A stretch of 64,000 nt of DNA from Schmidtea polychroa (taxonomy: Eukaryota): positions 88,390,397 through 88,454,396 of the forward strand of contig CM097887.1 of NCBI GenBank assembly GCA_044892525.1, given 5' to 3'. The translations under genes and the position numbers were made by a program. This document shows, one piece after another, positions 49,701-60,759 of this stretch. The notes beneath the pieces were generated by a model, which saw nothing but the letters and a program-made list of their open reading frames with translations, was not told the origin of the DNA and did not search any database. The stretch's first letter is position 1; every line of letters begins with the position of its first letter.

Positions 49701-52700
49701 CTCTTTATACATTTTTTAGCGAGCTAGCCCTCAAAATACATAATATTGTAAGCCTTTAAATAATTGGATAAATTCAGTTATCAAAGAAGATTTAAAAAAC
49801 TGACTTTCTCAAACCGGAAAATATGACACATCCTCTCACGTATTGCATCATCTATCAATCTAAGTACATTTATTATCTATACATTAATCTATTTATTATT
49901 TGTGTTAAAATACTCACGCATGAAATACAGCATATAGCAGTACCACATTTAAACGAAATAAAGCAAATTCATACATTCAAATGTGTAGAACTATTATATA
50001 TATAATAGTAACTTTCTTTCAATAATAAATTAGCCGCTGTACTGAAGAATAAGAAATATAGTTTTCAACCTCTAACTAGAATGCTTTAATCTTATTCACT
50101 TCTTTTTTCATAGAACCCACCCTNNNNNNNNNNNNNNNNNNNNNNNNNNNNNNNNNNNNNNNNNNNNNNNNNNNNNNNNNNNNNNNNNNNNNNNNNNNNN
50201 NNNNNNNNNNNNNNNNNNNNNNNNNNNNNNNNNNNNNNNNNNNNNNNNNNNNNNNNNNNNNNNNNNNNNNNNNNNNNNNNNNNNNNNNNNNNNNNNNNNN
50301 NNNNNNNNNNNNNNNNNNNNNNNNNNNNNNNNNNNNNNNNNNTAATATTGTATTTTCTGAAGATATTTACTTTAATCTTTATTAAGAAAATTGAGTTATT
50401 GCTCAATGATAAATTATACAAATACTCTTATAATGTGACTTACCAAAATAATCTTACAACTGTCAATGTAAATATAAAAAAGAAAATAAGAAAGTATATG
50501 GTAAAAATGTCCAATAAATCAGGATTAGATATATTACCAGTATCAACAAATCTTATCAACAAAGAAACACAGTTAGTGTTTGAAATANNNNNNNNNNNNN
50601 NNNNNNNNNNNNNNNNNNNNNNNNNNNNNNNNNNNNNNNNNNNNNNNNNNNNNNNNNNNNNNNNNNNNNNNNNNNNNNNNNNNNNNNNNNNNNNNNNNNN
50701 NNNNNNNNNNNNNNNNNNNNNNNNNNNNNNNNNNNNNNNNNNNNNNNNNNNNNNNNNNNNNNNNNNNNNNNNNNNNNNNNNNNNNNNNCAAAGATTAAAA
50801 ACCCCAATCCAAGTAATTATATAAAATTTATAGTTCCGATGTTAAAGATCAAGTTTATAGCAGCTTTATTTGTTGAATTTATGTATATTTCATTTGCTAA
50901 ATATTCATATGAAGTTAAATCTAGTTTATTTTATAATATATCACTAAATAAATGTGAGGAAGATTTAATTATTAGCACAATATAATATTATAATAATAAA
51001 TTACATCTGAATTATTACTATTAAGAAATTAACATATACATATATTAAAGTATTATATTCGTATTATATTATGGCGTACATAATTATTATTGTTATTTAG
51101 AAATGCTTAATCGTCAATTTAATGATTTGTTTAGTCAAACCGATATTGTTATAATTTTTTGAATATAATTTGAATTCGACTTCTAGTTTTATTTAACATG
51201 GCGACCCTGGCAATAGTGAATAAGATGATTCCGGATGTTTACGACGGAAGACACGAAATCGAAACTTTCATTGAAGAATGTAAGCGATATTTTCAGTTAT
51301 GTGGGTTAGATCAAGATAACCAAAATATGATGATAAAATGCCTTATTTCAAGAGATATTTTACCGATTTATGAAGCCGTCGATGTCAAATTTATTAATTT
51401 TGAAGATAGACTCAGAGAAGCTTTCAAGAAGCCGTCAACACTGATAGGCGATTTTCTGAACTTATACAATTATGAGAAAGATAACGATGCAGCGCCAGTG
51501 TTTTTCGAAAAGATTGAGAAAATGGTCGACAAAGTATTGAAACACAAGTGGGATAAAAACGAATTAGTCGCTTATTTTTTGATACATTGTGTCAAAGACA
51601 AAGAAATCCAAAAAGAGATCAAGATGCGAGATGCTTTAAAAGTCGAAGAGATCAAGGACGTAATTCGTAAAGTTGATGCTATCAACATTGAAGTTTCTAG
51701 TATTGCAGTTATGCAAAGAAAAGAAACGTTCGCAAACGTAATAAAGAAACGACAAGGATTTGCCGATATACAAGATCGACAACGCAATTTTTCGAATGTT
51801 CAAGAAAGACGAAATTTTGAACCAAGATTCAATTCTATTCCGCACGCTCAAAGCTTCGATTCTGGAAGGAATACTAATCAACAGTATTACCATAGAGACA
51901 ACAGAGCAAGTGGAAGTCGCGTTGTTACATGTTGGAATTGTCAAGAACTAGGACATTCGAGTCGAGAATGCCCAAAAAAGAAGTGTTATGGATGTGGAAA
52001 AGAAGGACACATGATTAGAGAATGTAAAAATAACAAGATAAATTCAGAATTGAGATGCAACGCTTGTAAGGAATCTGGCCATCACCGGGGAGAATGTCCA
52101 TCGATTTCATGCTCAGGATGTGGAAAACGTGGTCATTTGCGGTTTCAATGTTGGGGAACAGCAGACACACGATCATCAGGAAGAAACCAATCTAGAAATT
52201 ACGAGGATAACAGACGATATCAAGACAGATATGCCGATGGAAGAGTGGCAGCTATGGAAGACCGCGGAAACGAAGCGGAGGATTCTCAGTCTACCCGAAG
52301 TGATGGACACCCAAATGGGAGGGCTCCGTCATTAGGCGAGATGATAGGAGCCATGCATTAAAAGGTAATAATGATGATTGTGTGCGCCAAGATAAGTATA
52401 GTATATTTTTTAATAATAATAGTAATAGTAATTTAGACAGTATGTATAATTTTAAAAGTAGTAATAATAATTTAGACAGTATATCTAAATCAAATTTAAA
52501 GGTAAAAAATATTAGATTTAAATCAGATGTAATTTTAGAAGATAGTATTAAAAACGTGAAAAGTAAATTAAAAAAATATGATGTAATAAAGGAAGATAAT
52601 CAGAGTAACAGTAAGATTATATATGACGTAAGAGATAAAACTGATATTAATGATTGTAATTGGATGCGTGATAAAATTAATGTAATTGAAAATAAATGTG

Positions 52701-55700
52701 ATCAGAATTGTAAGAAGATAATAAGTATTTGTGAGGCAAAATTAATAAATAGCAGTAAAAGGTTTGTTTATGACGAAACATTGGATAAACATATAAATAA
52801 TATTTCTGTTTTAAATGACGATTTAGAAATTGTATATGATAAGATGGGTGGAAGACCAAGCGTAATAGTTGGGATTAATAGGATTTATTTCAAACATTGT
52901 CTATTGGATACGGGGGCTAGAATGAATGTAATAGATAGCTCGATCATCAAAGAAATAGGTGAGATATATATTAAACCTCACAATGAAGGAATTTGGTGTG
53001 CAAATGGCAGTCCATTGGAAACATTTGGCAATGTTAAATTGAAGATTCAAATCGGTAACAAAGAAGAGAATGTGATTTTTGTTGTTGTTAAAAAGGTTTC
53101 ACCGTCAATTATTGGTGGGATAGATTTACTTCGTCAATTCAACATCAAGTTAATGAAAATAAACGATAGTATAACTGAAAATACGGAAATAGAAAATAAT
53201 TTTAATGAAATTTGTAATATTGAGGCAAGATTTAGCAACTCATATAATGATGAGAAAAGATTTAGTCGAGCAATAAAATTATTTGATTTAAAAAAAGGAG
53301 ATAAAATGTATCAGATAATTAATGAAAATAAAGAAGTTTTTATGGCTGATAAATGGGACATTGGAAAAACAGATTTATTATGGCACGAAATCAAAACTAC
53401 TGAGGGCCCAATTTACATGAACCCTAGACGACAACCGGCTCATTTAGAAGAAAAAATTGAGGCTATAAAAAATTTGGAAGAAAATGGTATTATTAGGAAA
53501 TGTGATTCGAGTTGGAATACTCCATTGGTATGTGTTTGGAAAAAAGAAAAGAATGACATCAGATTGTGTTTGGATTTTAGAAACCTAAATAAAATAACAG
53601 AAAGACAAATATTTCCAATGCTTAATATTGAACAAATGTTAGATTCACTCAATGGATCCAAGTTTTTTAGTACTATAGATCTTGGAAGTGCATATTATCA
53701 AGTGGAGTTAACAAATAATTCACAAGAAAAAACCGCATTTTCAACAAGGAGCGGACAGTACTGTTTTAATAGAATGCCTTTTGGAATTGCTGCGGCACCG
53801 GCTACATTTCAAAAACTAATGAATATGGTTTTAGGAAAACGTCTGTGGAATACAGCTATTGTATATTTGGATGACATATTAATATTTTCTACAAATAAAG
53901 AAGAGCATTTTAAAAGAATAAATGAAGTATTAATGAAAATTAAGGAAGCGGGATTACGAGTAAATCCAGAAAAATGTATATTTTTAACAAATGAGACAAA
54001 ATCTTTAGGCCATATAATTAATAATGAAGGTGTGAAAGTGGATGAAAATAAAATTGAAGCAATTAAAAATTTTGTAAGACCTCAATGTTTGAAACAACTA
54101 AGAAGTTTTTTGGGGTTGTGTAATTATTATAGAAAATTTATAAAAAATTATTCAATGTTTTCACGAATATTAGAGTCTATATGTGGTACGACTAATGAAA
54201 AACTTATATGGTCAGAAAAATGTGAAGAAGCATTTGAAGAATTAAAAAATGCATTATCGAAAACACCAGTATTAATATACCCTAACTTTCAGAAAGAATT
54301 TATTTTGGACACTGATGCAAGTTTTGACACAATTGGTGCGGTTTTATCACAGTTAGACAAACAGGGACATGAGCGAGTAATTGCATATGGTTCGCATTCA
54401 ATGAATAAGCATGAAATAGGTTATTGTATAACAAGGAAGGAGTTATTGGCCATTTATTATTTTACTCAACATTTTAAACATTATTTGTATGGGAAAAAAT
54501 TTAAATTAAGAACGGACCATAAAGCAATAACATTCATGATGGCAACAAAAAAGCCAATCACGGCACAATTCCAAACTTGGATAAATTTTCTTAGCAGTTT
54601 GGATATGGATATTTCATTTAGAAAAGGTATGGAACATACCAATGCAGATGCATTATCCCGAGATAAGTGTGGACGATGTACTCAATGTATGGAAGTTCAT
54701 GAAAATCCTAAAACAGAAAAAATGAAAACAAGACTTTTAACAATGACAGCTGTTAAGCAAGGTGTGATTTGGCAAAAGGGTAATGTTGAGATAGAAAATC
54801 AAAAAGAATTAATCATGAAAAATGTAAAAACTAAATTTAAGATTGATGATGATGTTATCATGACAAAAGAAAATAAAATTTGGATTCCTAAAAACAATCG
54901 CGAAAAATTTATCAAAGAAATGCATAAAATCCTATGCCACGCAGGTTGCAAAAAAGTGATTGACTACATAAAAGTAAATTATGACATGGATGAATTACAA
55001 ATGATAACTACAGAAATTATTCAAAATTGTGAATTATGTCAAAAAAGAAAAACACTAACAACTAAAACAAAGGAAACTATACTAAAAACGGAAGTGTCGA
55101 AACCGTTTGAAACAATTGCTATAGATTTTTGTGGACCTTTGAAAACAAGTGTACATGGGAAAAAGTATATTTTAGGAATTATTGATATGTGCACTCGATA
55201 TATTTCTCTTACAGCAGTTTCTAAGCAAGATGAGAAAACAACAGCGGACACAATAATGAAATTTTGGATTCTAAAATACGGTTCTCCTAGGATAATTCAA
55301 GTAGATTGTGGGAAGACATTTGAATCAGGTGTGATGAAAGAATTAGCTAAAACCCATAACATAATGCTTCAATTTTCAAGTCCATACCATCATAGTGCAA
55401 ATGGATTAATAGAACGGCAATTTCGAACAATAAGAGATTTCATGAGTACCTCAATTAAAGATAGATTAAAAAGCAATTGGGTAGAGGTATTACCAGAAAT
55501 TGAATTTGCTTTGAACGCAACCGTACAAAGTACATTAGGGAAAAGTCCAGCGGAAATAGTATTTGGGTTTCGAATAACAAGAGAATGGCAAAACAAAAAG
55601 GAAGTTACTAATGACCGAATTAGAATCATTGAAGAGATACAAGAAAAGCAAAGAAATGTTAAGTACAGAAACGCAGATAGAATTAATAGAGAATTTAAAA

Positions 55701-58700
55701 TAGATGACAACGTTTTAGTAAAGATAGACACAAGAAAAAAAGAAGATGATAGATACAGAGGACCTTTTCGAGTGATAAAAAAACTACATGATAGAAGTTA
55801 CGAACTTATGGATAAAGAAGGTAAAACAATGATTCGAAATGTAGAATGGCTAAAGCCTTTTAAACAGGGGGGATGTGAGGAAGATTTAATTATTAGCACA
55901 ATATAATATTATAATAATAAATTACATCTGAATTATTACTATTAAGAAATTAACATATACATATATTAAAGTATTATATTCGTATTATATTATGGCGTAC
56001 ATAATTATTATTGTTATTTAGAAATGCTTAATCGTCAATTTAATGATTTGTTTAGTCAAACCGATATTGTTATAATTTTTTGAATATAATTTGAATTCGA
56101 CTTCTAGTTTTATTTAACAGTAAATAACAGAAAAAATTATTATTAATCATATAAAAGTACATTATTTTTTTCTTACACTAGAAAGTTTTAATTTTTCATT
56201 TGATCATAAAATATTGAAAGTGCAATTCGCAATTCGTATTCTAGCTCTAAATTCATTCCAGAAAAAATATAAATTTGTAATTTATAAAATATATGGCAAA
56301 AACAATTTTTTAAAAATAACTTGTTAATTATAAATAATTACTTGTATTTAATTTCGCTAATTTTGTTGACTAAAAGTATAGGAAATAAGAGATTGAAATG
56401 CATTGTTGAGTACCAGTCTAAACGTTGTCTAAGGTTAAAATGATTATAGCAAAAATATTTTTGAAGAGACACAATCTGTCCTCTTTCAATATCAGATAAA
56501 TGTTTTCTTCTAGGCATTCGGTATATCAGTGTTGTCCAAACTTTTTTGAGCCATGGCACACTTGGCTGAATTAAAAATTTTCGCGGCACACCTAAATTTT
56601 TTTTGCTTTATTTGCAATTTTTTATTGCTCTTTTAATAATCTTTTAATAAGAAATGAAAAACTTATAAACTAAAAAATATTATTATTTAATATTTAAGAT
56701 TCTAAATAAACATAATTAAGCTGCTTACGTATTTTAGATAGTCAATATTTCTAGTAAGAAATATAAATATGATTGTAAACAAATAAATTTCGCACTTAAT
56801 TGACTGATTAACATTTAAATTTGAAATGACTGTTAAAATATCTACAATTCAATTTCCTTTTTTTAAGTTGTTTGGAAAAACAGGGTTTTTTTTGACTTTT
56901 TTTTAAAAAAATTTCACGGCACACCAAAGACAATGCGAAACATCCAATAGGTGTCGGTACACTTTTATACAGTAAAACAAGCAAACTTTTAAATATTTCT
57001 ATTATAAGTATATTGCTACACCTAGTTAGGTATAAAATCTATAGTATAAAACCAATATTTAAAATAATTGTTTAATTTTATGAAACACCCTAAACTTTTT
57101 AAAATGATGAGTTAACATTTTATTTTATATACAGCTATACTTATGTAAATGACTGTACATAGCTGAACAAAAAGTATTTTATTTAACGAGATATGTCAGT
57201 GGCGGATTTAGCTATAGGCGTGGGGGGCAAGTCGCCCCTCCACGCCCCTGTTGAATCCTAATTGGTGCCCCATAAAGATAATTTTTATGAATGTGTACAA
57301 GCATTAATATTAATCCGATCACTGACACTGACAATTTAATATATCTTTGATTTGGAAGAGCTAAATGGATTGAAATGTATTCTACTATCACTGCAGCATA
57401 CAGCTGCTCAGACTTTCCTACAGATCCAGGACTCTACATTAATACGAGCATAAGCTCGAAACTAATACGAAAATTGTTTGAAATCGGACCATGTCAACCT
57501 AGACTCAATGAACCATTTCAATTTCCGACAGATGAATTGGGGCGCAAGTTTCAAATTTCTTGGTACACAAAATGTTTCGGAAAAGGTAGTATGAAGGAGG
57601 AAAGAAATTGGCTTGTCTATTCACCAACAAATCAAAAAATGCATTGCCAAGCTTGCTGGTTATTCGCTAATTGTAAAACTGAAAATTATAGCAAGGAATG
57701 GTCCGACCCAATTTTTGGAAAAAAGGCATGGAAAAAATCGCTAAACATGAAACTTCCAATCAACATCAAAGTGCAATATGTCAATATTTGCTGGCTAAAT
57801 ATCGCATTTCAAATGATAAAACTGTGATATCTGGTTTGATCAGTCAGGAGCGTTATCAAGTGGAAAAAATAGAAGTTTTGAAACGAATGGTAGATGCAAC
57901 GTTGTTTTTAGCAGAACAAGGTTTGCCATTTAGGAAATTTTCGTGAATTGGTATTTTTATTGGCTAAATATGATTCCACTTTGGACAATCATCTAAAGTT
58001 TGAAAAGAAAAATGAACTTTATTTATGTCATGATGTACAAAATGACCTAATTCAATCACTTGCCTTAGAATTATCCGCAAATATTGATAATGAAGTTAGG
58101 TCTGCATAATTCTTTTCTCTAATTGTTGATTCAACAATTGATATATCTAGAGTTGATCAGATGTCAGTTTCTTTAAGATAAGTGTTAAAATCAGGACAAG
58201 TTGTTGAACGATTTATAGGCTTCTACACGTTGGAAAACCGTAATGCTGCAGCATTTTCTAATATATTATTAACGGAGTTACAAAAGCGAAACATTGACAT
58301 TACACTTTGTAGAGGACAGGCATATGATGGTGCCTCTGTGATGTCTGGGATTAAAAATGGTCTTCAAACTAAGATAAAGACACTTTCACCAAATGCCATC
58401 TTTGTTCACTGTTGTTCTCATGCATTGAATTTGGTGACTATTGAAGCAATGTCTATTAACAGCGATGTTCAGTTGTTTTTTGGTACAACAGAAAAGTTGT
58501 ATACTTTCCTTACATCAAGTCTACCACGACTACATATTCTCGAAGAACATCAGAAGTCTCGATATGAATCGACAGTAGATACTCTAAAACGACTTTCTGA
58601 TACAAGATGGGCAAGCCGAAAGCATGCAGTTGATGCAGTTGTTGGATCATTCTCCGCTATTATATCTACTCTAGAAGATATAAATTTTGTGGAATCAAAA

Positions 58701-60759
58701 GAACACAAAGGAAGTGTCAGAGCAGAAGCTATGGGACTATCTATTTTGAAAACAAAATATTCTTTTGTTTTTCTGATGCTATTTCTACAAAAAGCTGTTA
58801 GATAATATCTTTGTGTTATCAAACTATTTGCAACGAAAGGACATTGATATTGCGTTTGCAAAACAATTGATTTATGTTGCCAGAAATAAGTTTGCTGATA
58901 TGAGAAGTGATAAAGCTTTTGAAAGTCTAAATGTTGCTGTAAAATCATTTATTATCAAAAATTGTTCCTAACTAGATGTTGAAAGAGAATTTAAAGAAAA
59001 GCGAGTTGCAAAAAAGAAACGCACGGCAGGTGAACTTAACAGAGATGAAAGGGTTGATGATCCAACTACACGCTTCAAATGTGAAACGTATTTCACTGTC
59101 TTGGATACACTTGTAATGCTTTATAATAATATTAGTATTCACTCAATACTCGCGAAAATAAGTAGTACCATCTTCATAATTTGTGGCGCCCCCTGAAAAT
59201 TTTCCTCGCCCCCCCCCACACACCAAAATCTAAATCCGCCACTGAGATATGTATTTTATATTGTTAATCTAAAATTAGAAAAATGATTTATTTTCAATTT
59301 ATTTTCTTCATTATCTTTGATCTTTTTCCGTTTATTTTCATTTAAATTTTTTAATGTGGATGTTTTCTATTTAACACAAATTTTCACCACTGCTTTTTTC
59401 AAATATTATTAACATTAGAAATAATATTTGAAAAGGAAGTGTCAAATCAGAAACATTGATCTATAGTGAAAACTTAATAAAAATAAACCAAATATTTCTC
59501 AAATATCATTTATTTTAAATACTACCAATCATCATTCCTCTAATTGGAATGAAAATAGTCGTATTTTTTAAAATCATAAATTTATTTCACATTTTTTAAA
59601 ATAGCTTTTGTTTTAATGATATATTTCTAAATATTTGAAGTTATTTGAAATTGTTATGTTTATATTTCATTTACTACTTTTGATATGTAATGTTATCCAT
59701 AATTATACGAAATGCTTGACGCGTGAATATAAAGATGAATTAGCGAAATTGCATTTATAGACATAAAAAGTGAGGGTATACCCACAAAGTTCTTTAAATG
59801 TTATATGGCTATAAAATGTCGGCGGGTGTTGGGAATACTTATGAATATAGAAAAGACTAGCGTTTACTTAAATTTATGTGTGAAGTTCATCCATCAAAAT
59901 TTCATTAGCATCTTGAAGACTCTTCAAATTCGTCATCAAATCTAATTTTAATTTCAAAACAATAAGGAGGATGAGTATTTAAAAGTTCCGTGGTACACAG
60001 ACTTCGTTGTCAACAGTATTATCCATGTTTTGACATAAAATTATTAAAATAACCACCACTTGAAATAAGGTTATAATGAATAATATTGTCTTTAGTTATA
60101 ATGATATATTAACAAATTAAGTTTCTATAAATTATTTTTTAAGTTTCACAATTGTATTACTTATGATAATATTAAATTTTTGAAAAATATAACAAAATAT
60201 TCATAATTTTTAAAAAAATTGTTATTATTTATTATTATTTTATATTTATATAAATAACCTTTAGCCTGGTAAATATCAATTGACCTTCATAAGATCAAGG
60301 AAAAAATCAAAACACCATAATAAACCGGAAAACTCTGAATTATCATTGAAAAACATCCAATATTCAATTTATTCTGAAAATGAAAGAACAAATAAAAGAA
60401 GAATTAACCCAATTGGTTTCATTTCAAAGAACTTTATTGAAGAGATCGACAGCAAAACTTTTCTGACGGTCACGGTTGACCTTTCTGAATGTGGTATAAC
60501 GAATGACGAACGAATCAATGTCATTTTAGAAATGAATTTACCAAGTGATAAAAAAGTTTTTAAAATACTAAAAGACGACGGAATTGGTATGAATTAATGA
60601 TATTCTACTAAATTTTATGTCATAATTCTACATTAGGAGACGATTCGATTTCAAATGACAAAATTTATACCGTAAATATCTATCCTAAAGATCTTCTAGA
60701 AAAAGGATTTTATAATTTTATTGGACAAGTAGAAATAATGAATATAAAAAACACCAAAG
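34506..60759 (+). CDS. CLCA-like: CLCA-like protein (calcium-activated chloride channel regulator family; N-domain + VWA + beta domains). Exons: 34506-34670, 34720-35014, 38151-38259, 39520-39655, 43337-43454, 43506-43615, 45201-45422, 49238-49528, 50387-50812 (partly gap), 60265-60586, 60637-60759; 3' end not located
   Basis: Signal peptide; CLCA-like segments EQASKSLYKAT, VPNQWK, WTKQYPKCGKPG, KLRYGVFSE, YSIMF, NPTFQIL...IVLVLDRSGSM (MIDAS DxSxS), ILITD, LKDDGIG-DD...NDKIY; GT-AG junction phases are consistent and mirror the CLCA exon layout as recalled. Confidence 0.88.
35357..35585. mobile_element. Tigger/pogo-type MITE
   Basis: 22-bp TIR CACTCATACCTCGCTATACGGC (21/22), TA TSD, internal TATACGGC-like repeats. 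Confidence 0.9.
35653..35709. repeat. (TTA)n microsatellite
   Basis: Direct reading. Confidence 0.95.
39816..40580 (-). mobile_element. Internally deleted Tigger1-like transposon
   Basis: Ends resemble Tigger1 termini (ATACCTC...CCAGACCAC...GCGAGTCAC; AAAACGAGGCAT); transposase tail FERSSKVGKRLLNDITCYTEILRERKR...QTSLTSYF. Confidence 0.75.
40643..40729. repeat. (AAT)n microsatellite
   Basis: Direct reading. Confidence 0.95.
41148..43176 (-). mobile_element. hAT (Charlie/Buster-like) transposon, decayed
   Basis: TIR CAGAGGTTCCCAAA/CAGTGATTCCCAAA; 8-bp TSD TTTTAATC/CTTTAATC; transposase fragments SIQLD...ALLLAY, ATDGAPA, IHSVIHRQ. Confidence 0.85.
42374..42949. mobile_element. hAT MITE nested in the hAT element
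   Basis: 16-bp TIR CAGC(C/G)TTTC(C/T)CAAAGT (14/16); GGGTTCCGCGGAAC subterminal motifs; TSD not preserved. Confidence 0.7.
44689..44970 (+). mobile_element. ~240-bp hammerhead-bearing insert bounded by (AT)n tracts (Penelope-like pLTR or retrozyme-like remnant)
   Basis: (AT)n at 44689-44714 and 44955-44970 flank a GC-richer unit with an 11-bp tandem duplication, a GAAA hairpin and the hammerhead. Confidence 0.5.
44876..44917 (+). ncRNA. Minimal type I hammerhead ribozyme
   Basis: Stem I ATAGTA/TACTAT; core CTGATGA; stem II GAGC-CGAAA-GCTC; GAAA; palindromic stem III AC-TA-GT; GTC cleavage triplet (after 44911). Confidence 0.85.
45600..47125 (-). mobile_element. hAT transposon remnant (GTF2IRD2/SPIN-like transposase), one end visible
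   Basis: End CAGGGATTGGCAACC at 47125; fragments GKPFTDSDYIKE, SARTVERRI, SVALDES. Confidence 0.7.
47139..47705 (-). pseudogene. PSMA6: Intronless, 3'-truncated proteasome subunit alpha type-6 copy
   Basis: RLFQVEYAFKA, ATQRKVPDK, GVMTGM, IADINKLYTQSAEMRSLGCSMI, FETDP; C-terminal portion missing and ORF abuts a hAT end. Confidence 0.75.
47905..48212. mobile_element. Tc1/mariner-type MITE
   Basis: 21-bp TIR CAGTTACTAGTAAATGCATAC (19/21), TA TSD. Confidence 0.8.
51198..52361 (+). CDS. gag: Gag with four CCHC zinc knuckles
   Basis: CWNCQELGHSSREC, CYGCGKEGHMIREC, CNACKESGHHRGEC, CSGCGKRGHLRFQC. Confidence 0.92.
   Translation: MATLAIVNKMIPDVYDGRHEIETFIEECKRYFQLCGLDQDNQNMMIKCLISRDILPIYEAVDVKFINFEDRLREAFKKPSTLIGDFLNLYNYEKDNDAAPVFFEKIEKMVDKVLKHKWDKNELVAYFLIHCVKDKEIQKEIKMRDALKVEEIKDVIRKVDAINIEVSSIAVMQRKETFANVIKKRQGFADIQDRQRNFSNVQERRNFEPRFNSIPHAQSFDSGRNTNQQYYHRDNRASGSRVVTCWNCQELGHSSRECPKKKCYGCGKEGHMIRECKNNKINSELRCNACKESGHHRGECPSISCSGCGKRGHLRFQCWGTADTRSSGRNQSRNYEDNRRYQDRYADGRVAAMEDRGNEAEDSQSTRSDGHPNGRAPSLGEMIGAMH
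52304..55906 (+). CDS. pol: Pol (PR-RT-RH-IN) in the -1 frame relative to gag
   Basis: LLDTGA, YLDD, DTDAS, TRKELLA, TDHKA, HHCC, IDFCG/VDCG/IERQFRT, RYRGPF; frame open from 52304. Confidence 0.95.
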   Translation, partial: WTPKWEGSVIRRDDRSHALKGNNDDCVRQDKYSIFFNNNSNSNLDSMYNFKSSNNNLDSISKSNLKVKNIRFKSDVILEDSIKNVKSKLKKYDVIKEDNQSNSKIIYDVRDKTDINDCNWMRDKINVIENKCDQNCKKIISICEAKLINSSKRFVYDETLDKHINNISVLNDDLEIVYDKMGGRPSVIVGINRIYFKHCLLDTGARMNVIDSSIIKEIGEIYIKPHNEGIWCANGSPLETFGNVKLKIQIGNKEENVIFVVVKKVSPSIIGGIDLLRQFNIKLMKINDSITENTEIENNFNEICNIEARFSNSYNDEKRFSRAIKLFDLKKGDKMYQIINENKEVFMADKWDIGKTDLLWHEIKTTEGPIYMNPRRQPAHLEEKIEAIKNLEENGIIRKCDSSWNTPLVCVWKKEKNDIRLCLDFRNLNKITERQIFPMLNIEQMLDSLNGSKFFSTIDLGSAYYQVELTNNSQEKTAFSTRSGQYCFNRMPFGIAAAPATFQKLMNMVLGKRLWNTAIVYLDDILIFSTNKEEHFKRINEVLMKIKEAGLRVNPEKCIFLTNETKSLGHIINNEGVKVDENKIEAIKNFVRPQCLKQLRSFLGLCNYYRKFIKNYSMFSRILESICGTTNEKLIWSEKCEEAFEELKNALSKTPVLIYPNFQKEFILDTDASFDTIGAVLSQLDKQGHERVIAYGSHSMNKHEIGYCITRKELLAIYYFTQHFKHYLYGKKFKLRTDHKAITFMMATKKPITAQFQTWINFLSSLDMDISFRKGMEHTNADALSRDKCGRCTQCMEVHENPKTEKMKTRLLTMTAVKQGVIWQKGNVEIENQKELIMKNVKTKFKIDDDVIMTKENKIWIPKNNREKFIKEMHKILCHAGCKKVIDYIKVNYDMDELQMITTEIIQNCELCQKRKTLTTKTKETILKTEVSKPFETIAIDFCGPLKTSVHGKKYILGIIDMCTRYISLTAVSKQDEKTTADTIMKFWILKYGSPRIIQVDCGKTFESGVMKELAKTHNIMLQFSSPYHHSANGLIERQFRTIRDFMSTSIKDRLKSNWVEVLPEIEFALNATVQSTLGKSPAEIVFGFRITREWQNKKEVTNDRIRIIEEIQEKQRNVKYRNADRINREFKIDDNVLVKIDTRKKEDDRYRGPFRVIKKLHDRSYELMDKEGKTMIRNVEWLKPFKQGGCEEDLIISTI
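56338..56960. mobile_element. Tc1 transposase N-terminal trace plus a partial hAT MITE
   Basis: MPRRKHLSDIERGQIV on minus strand; CAGTGTTGTCCAAAC end near 56528 with CGGCACAC motifs. Confidence 0.55.
57197..59244 (+). mobile_element. hAT transposon (ZMYM1/TTF-finger type), transposase disrupted
   Basis: Perfect 15-bp TIR CAGTGGCGGATTTAG; perfect 8-bp TSD AGATATGT; NWLVYS...HCQACWLF, CRGQAYDGASVMSG, VHCCSHALNL, SDTRWASR; several stops and frameshifts. Confidence 0.95.

Larger units (their letters stand above)
50953..56119 (+). mobile_element. Full-length, apparently intact Ty3/gypsy element in a CLCA intron
   Basis: 246-bp LTRs (50953-51198, 55874-56119) with no difference seen; PBS TGGCGACC at 51199; PPT AGGGGGGA; flanks ATAAA/GTAAA (4/5). 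Confidence 0.96.
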
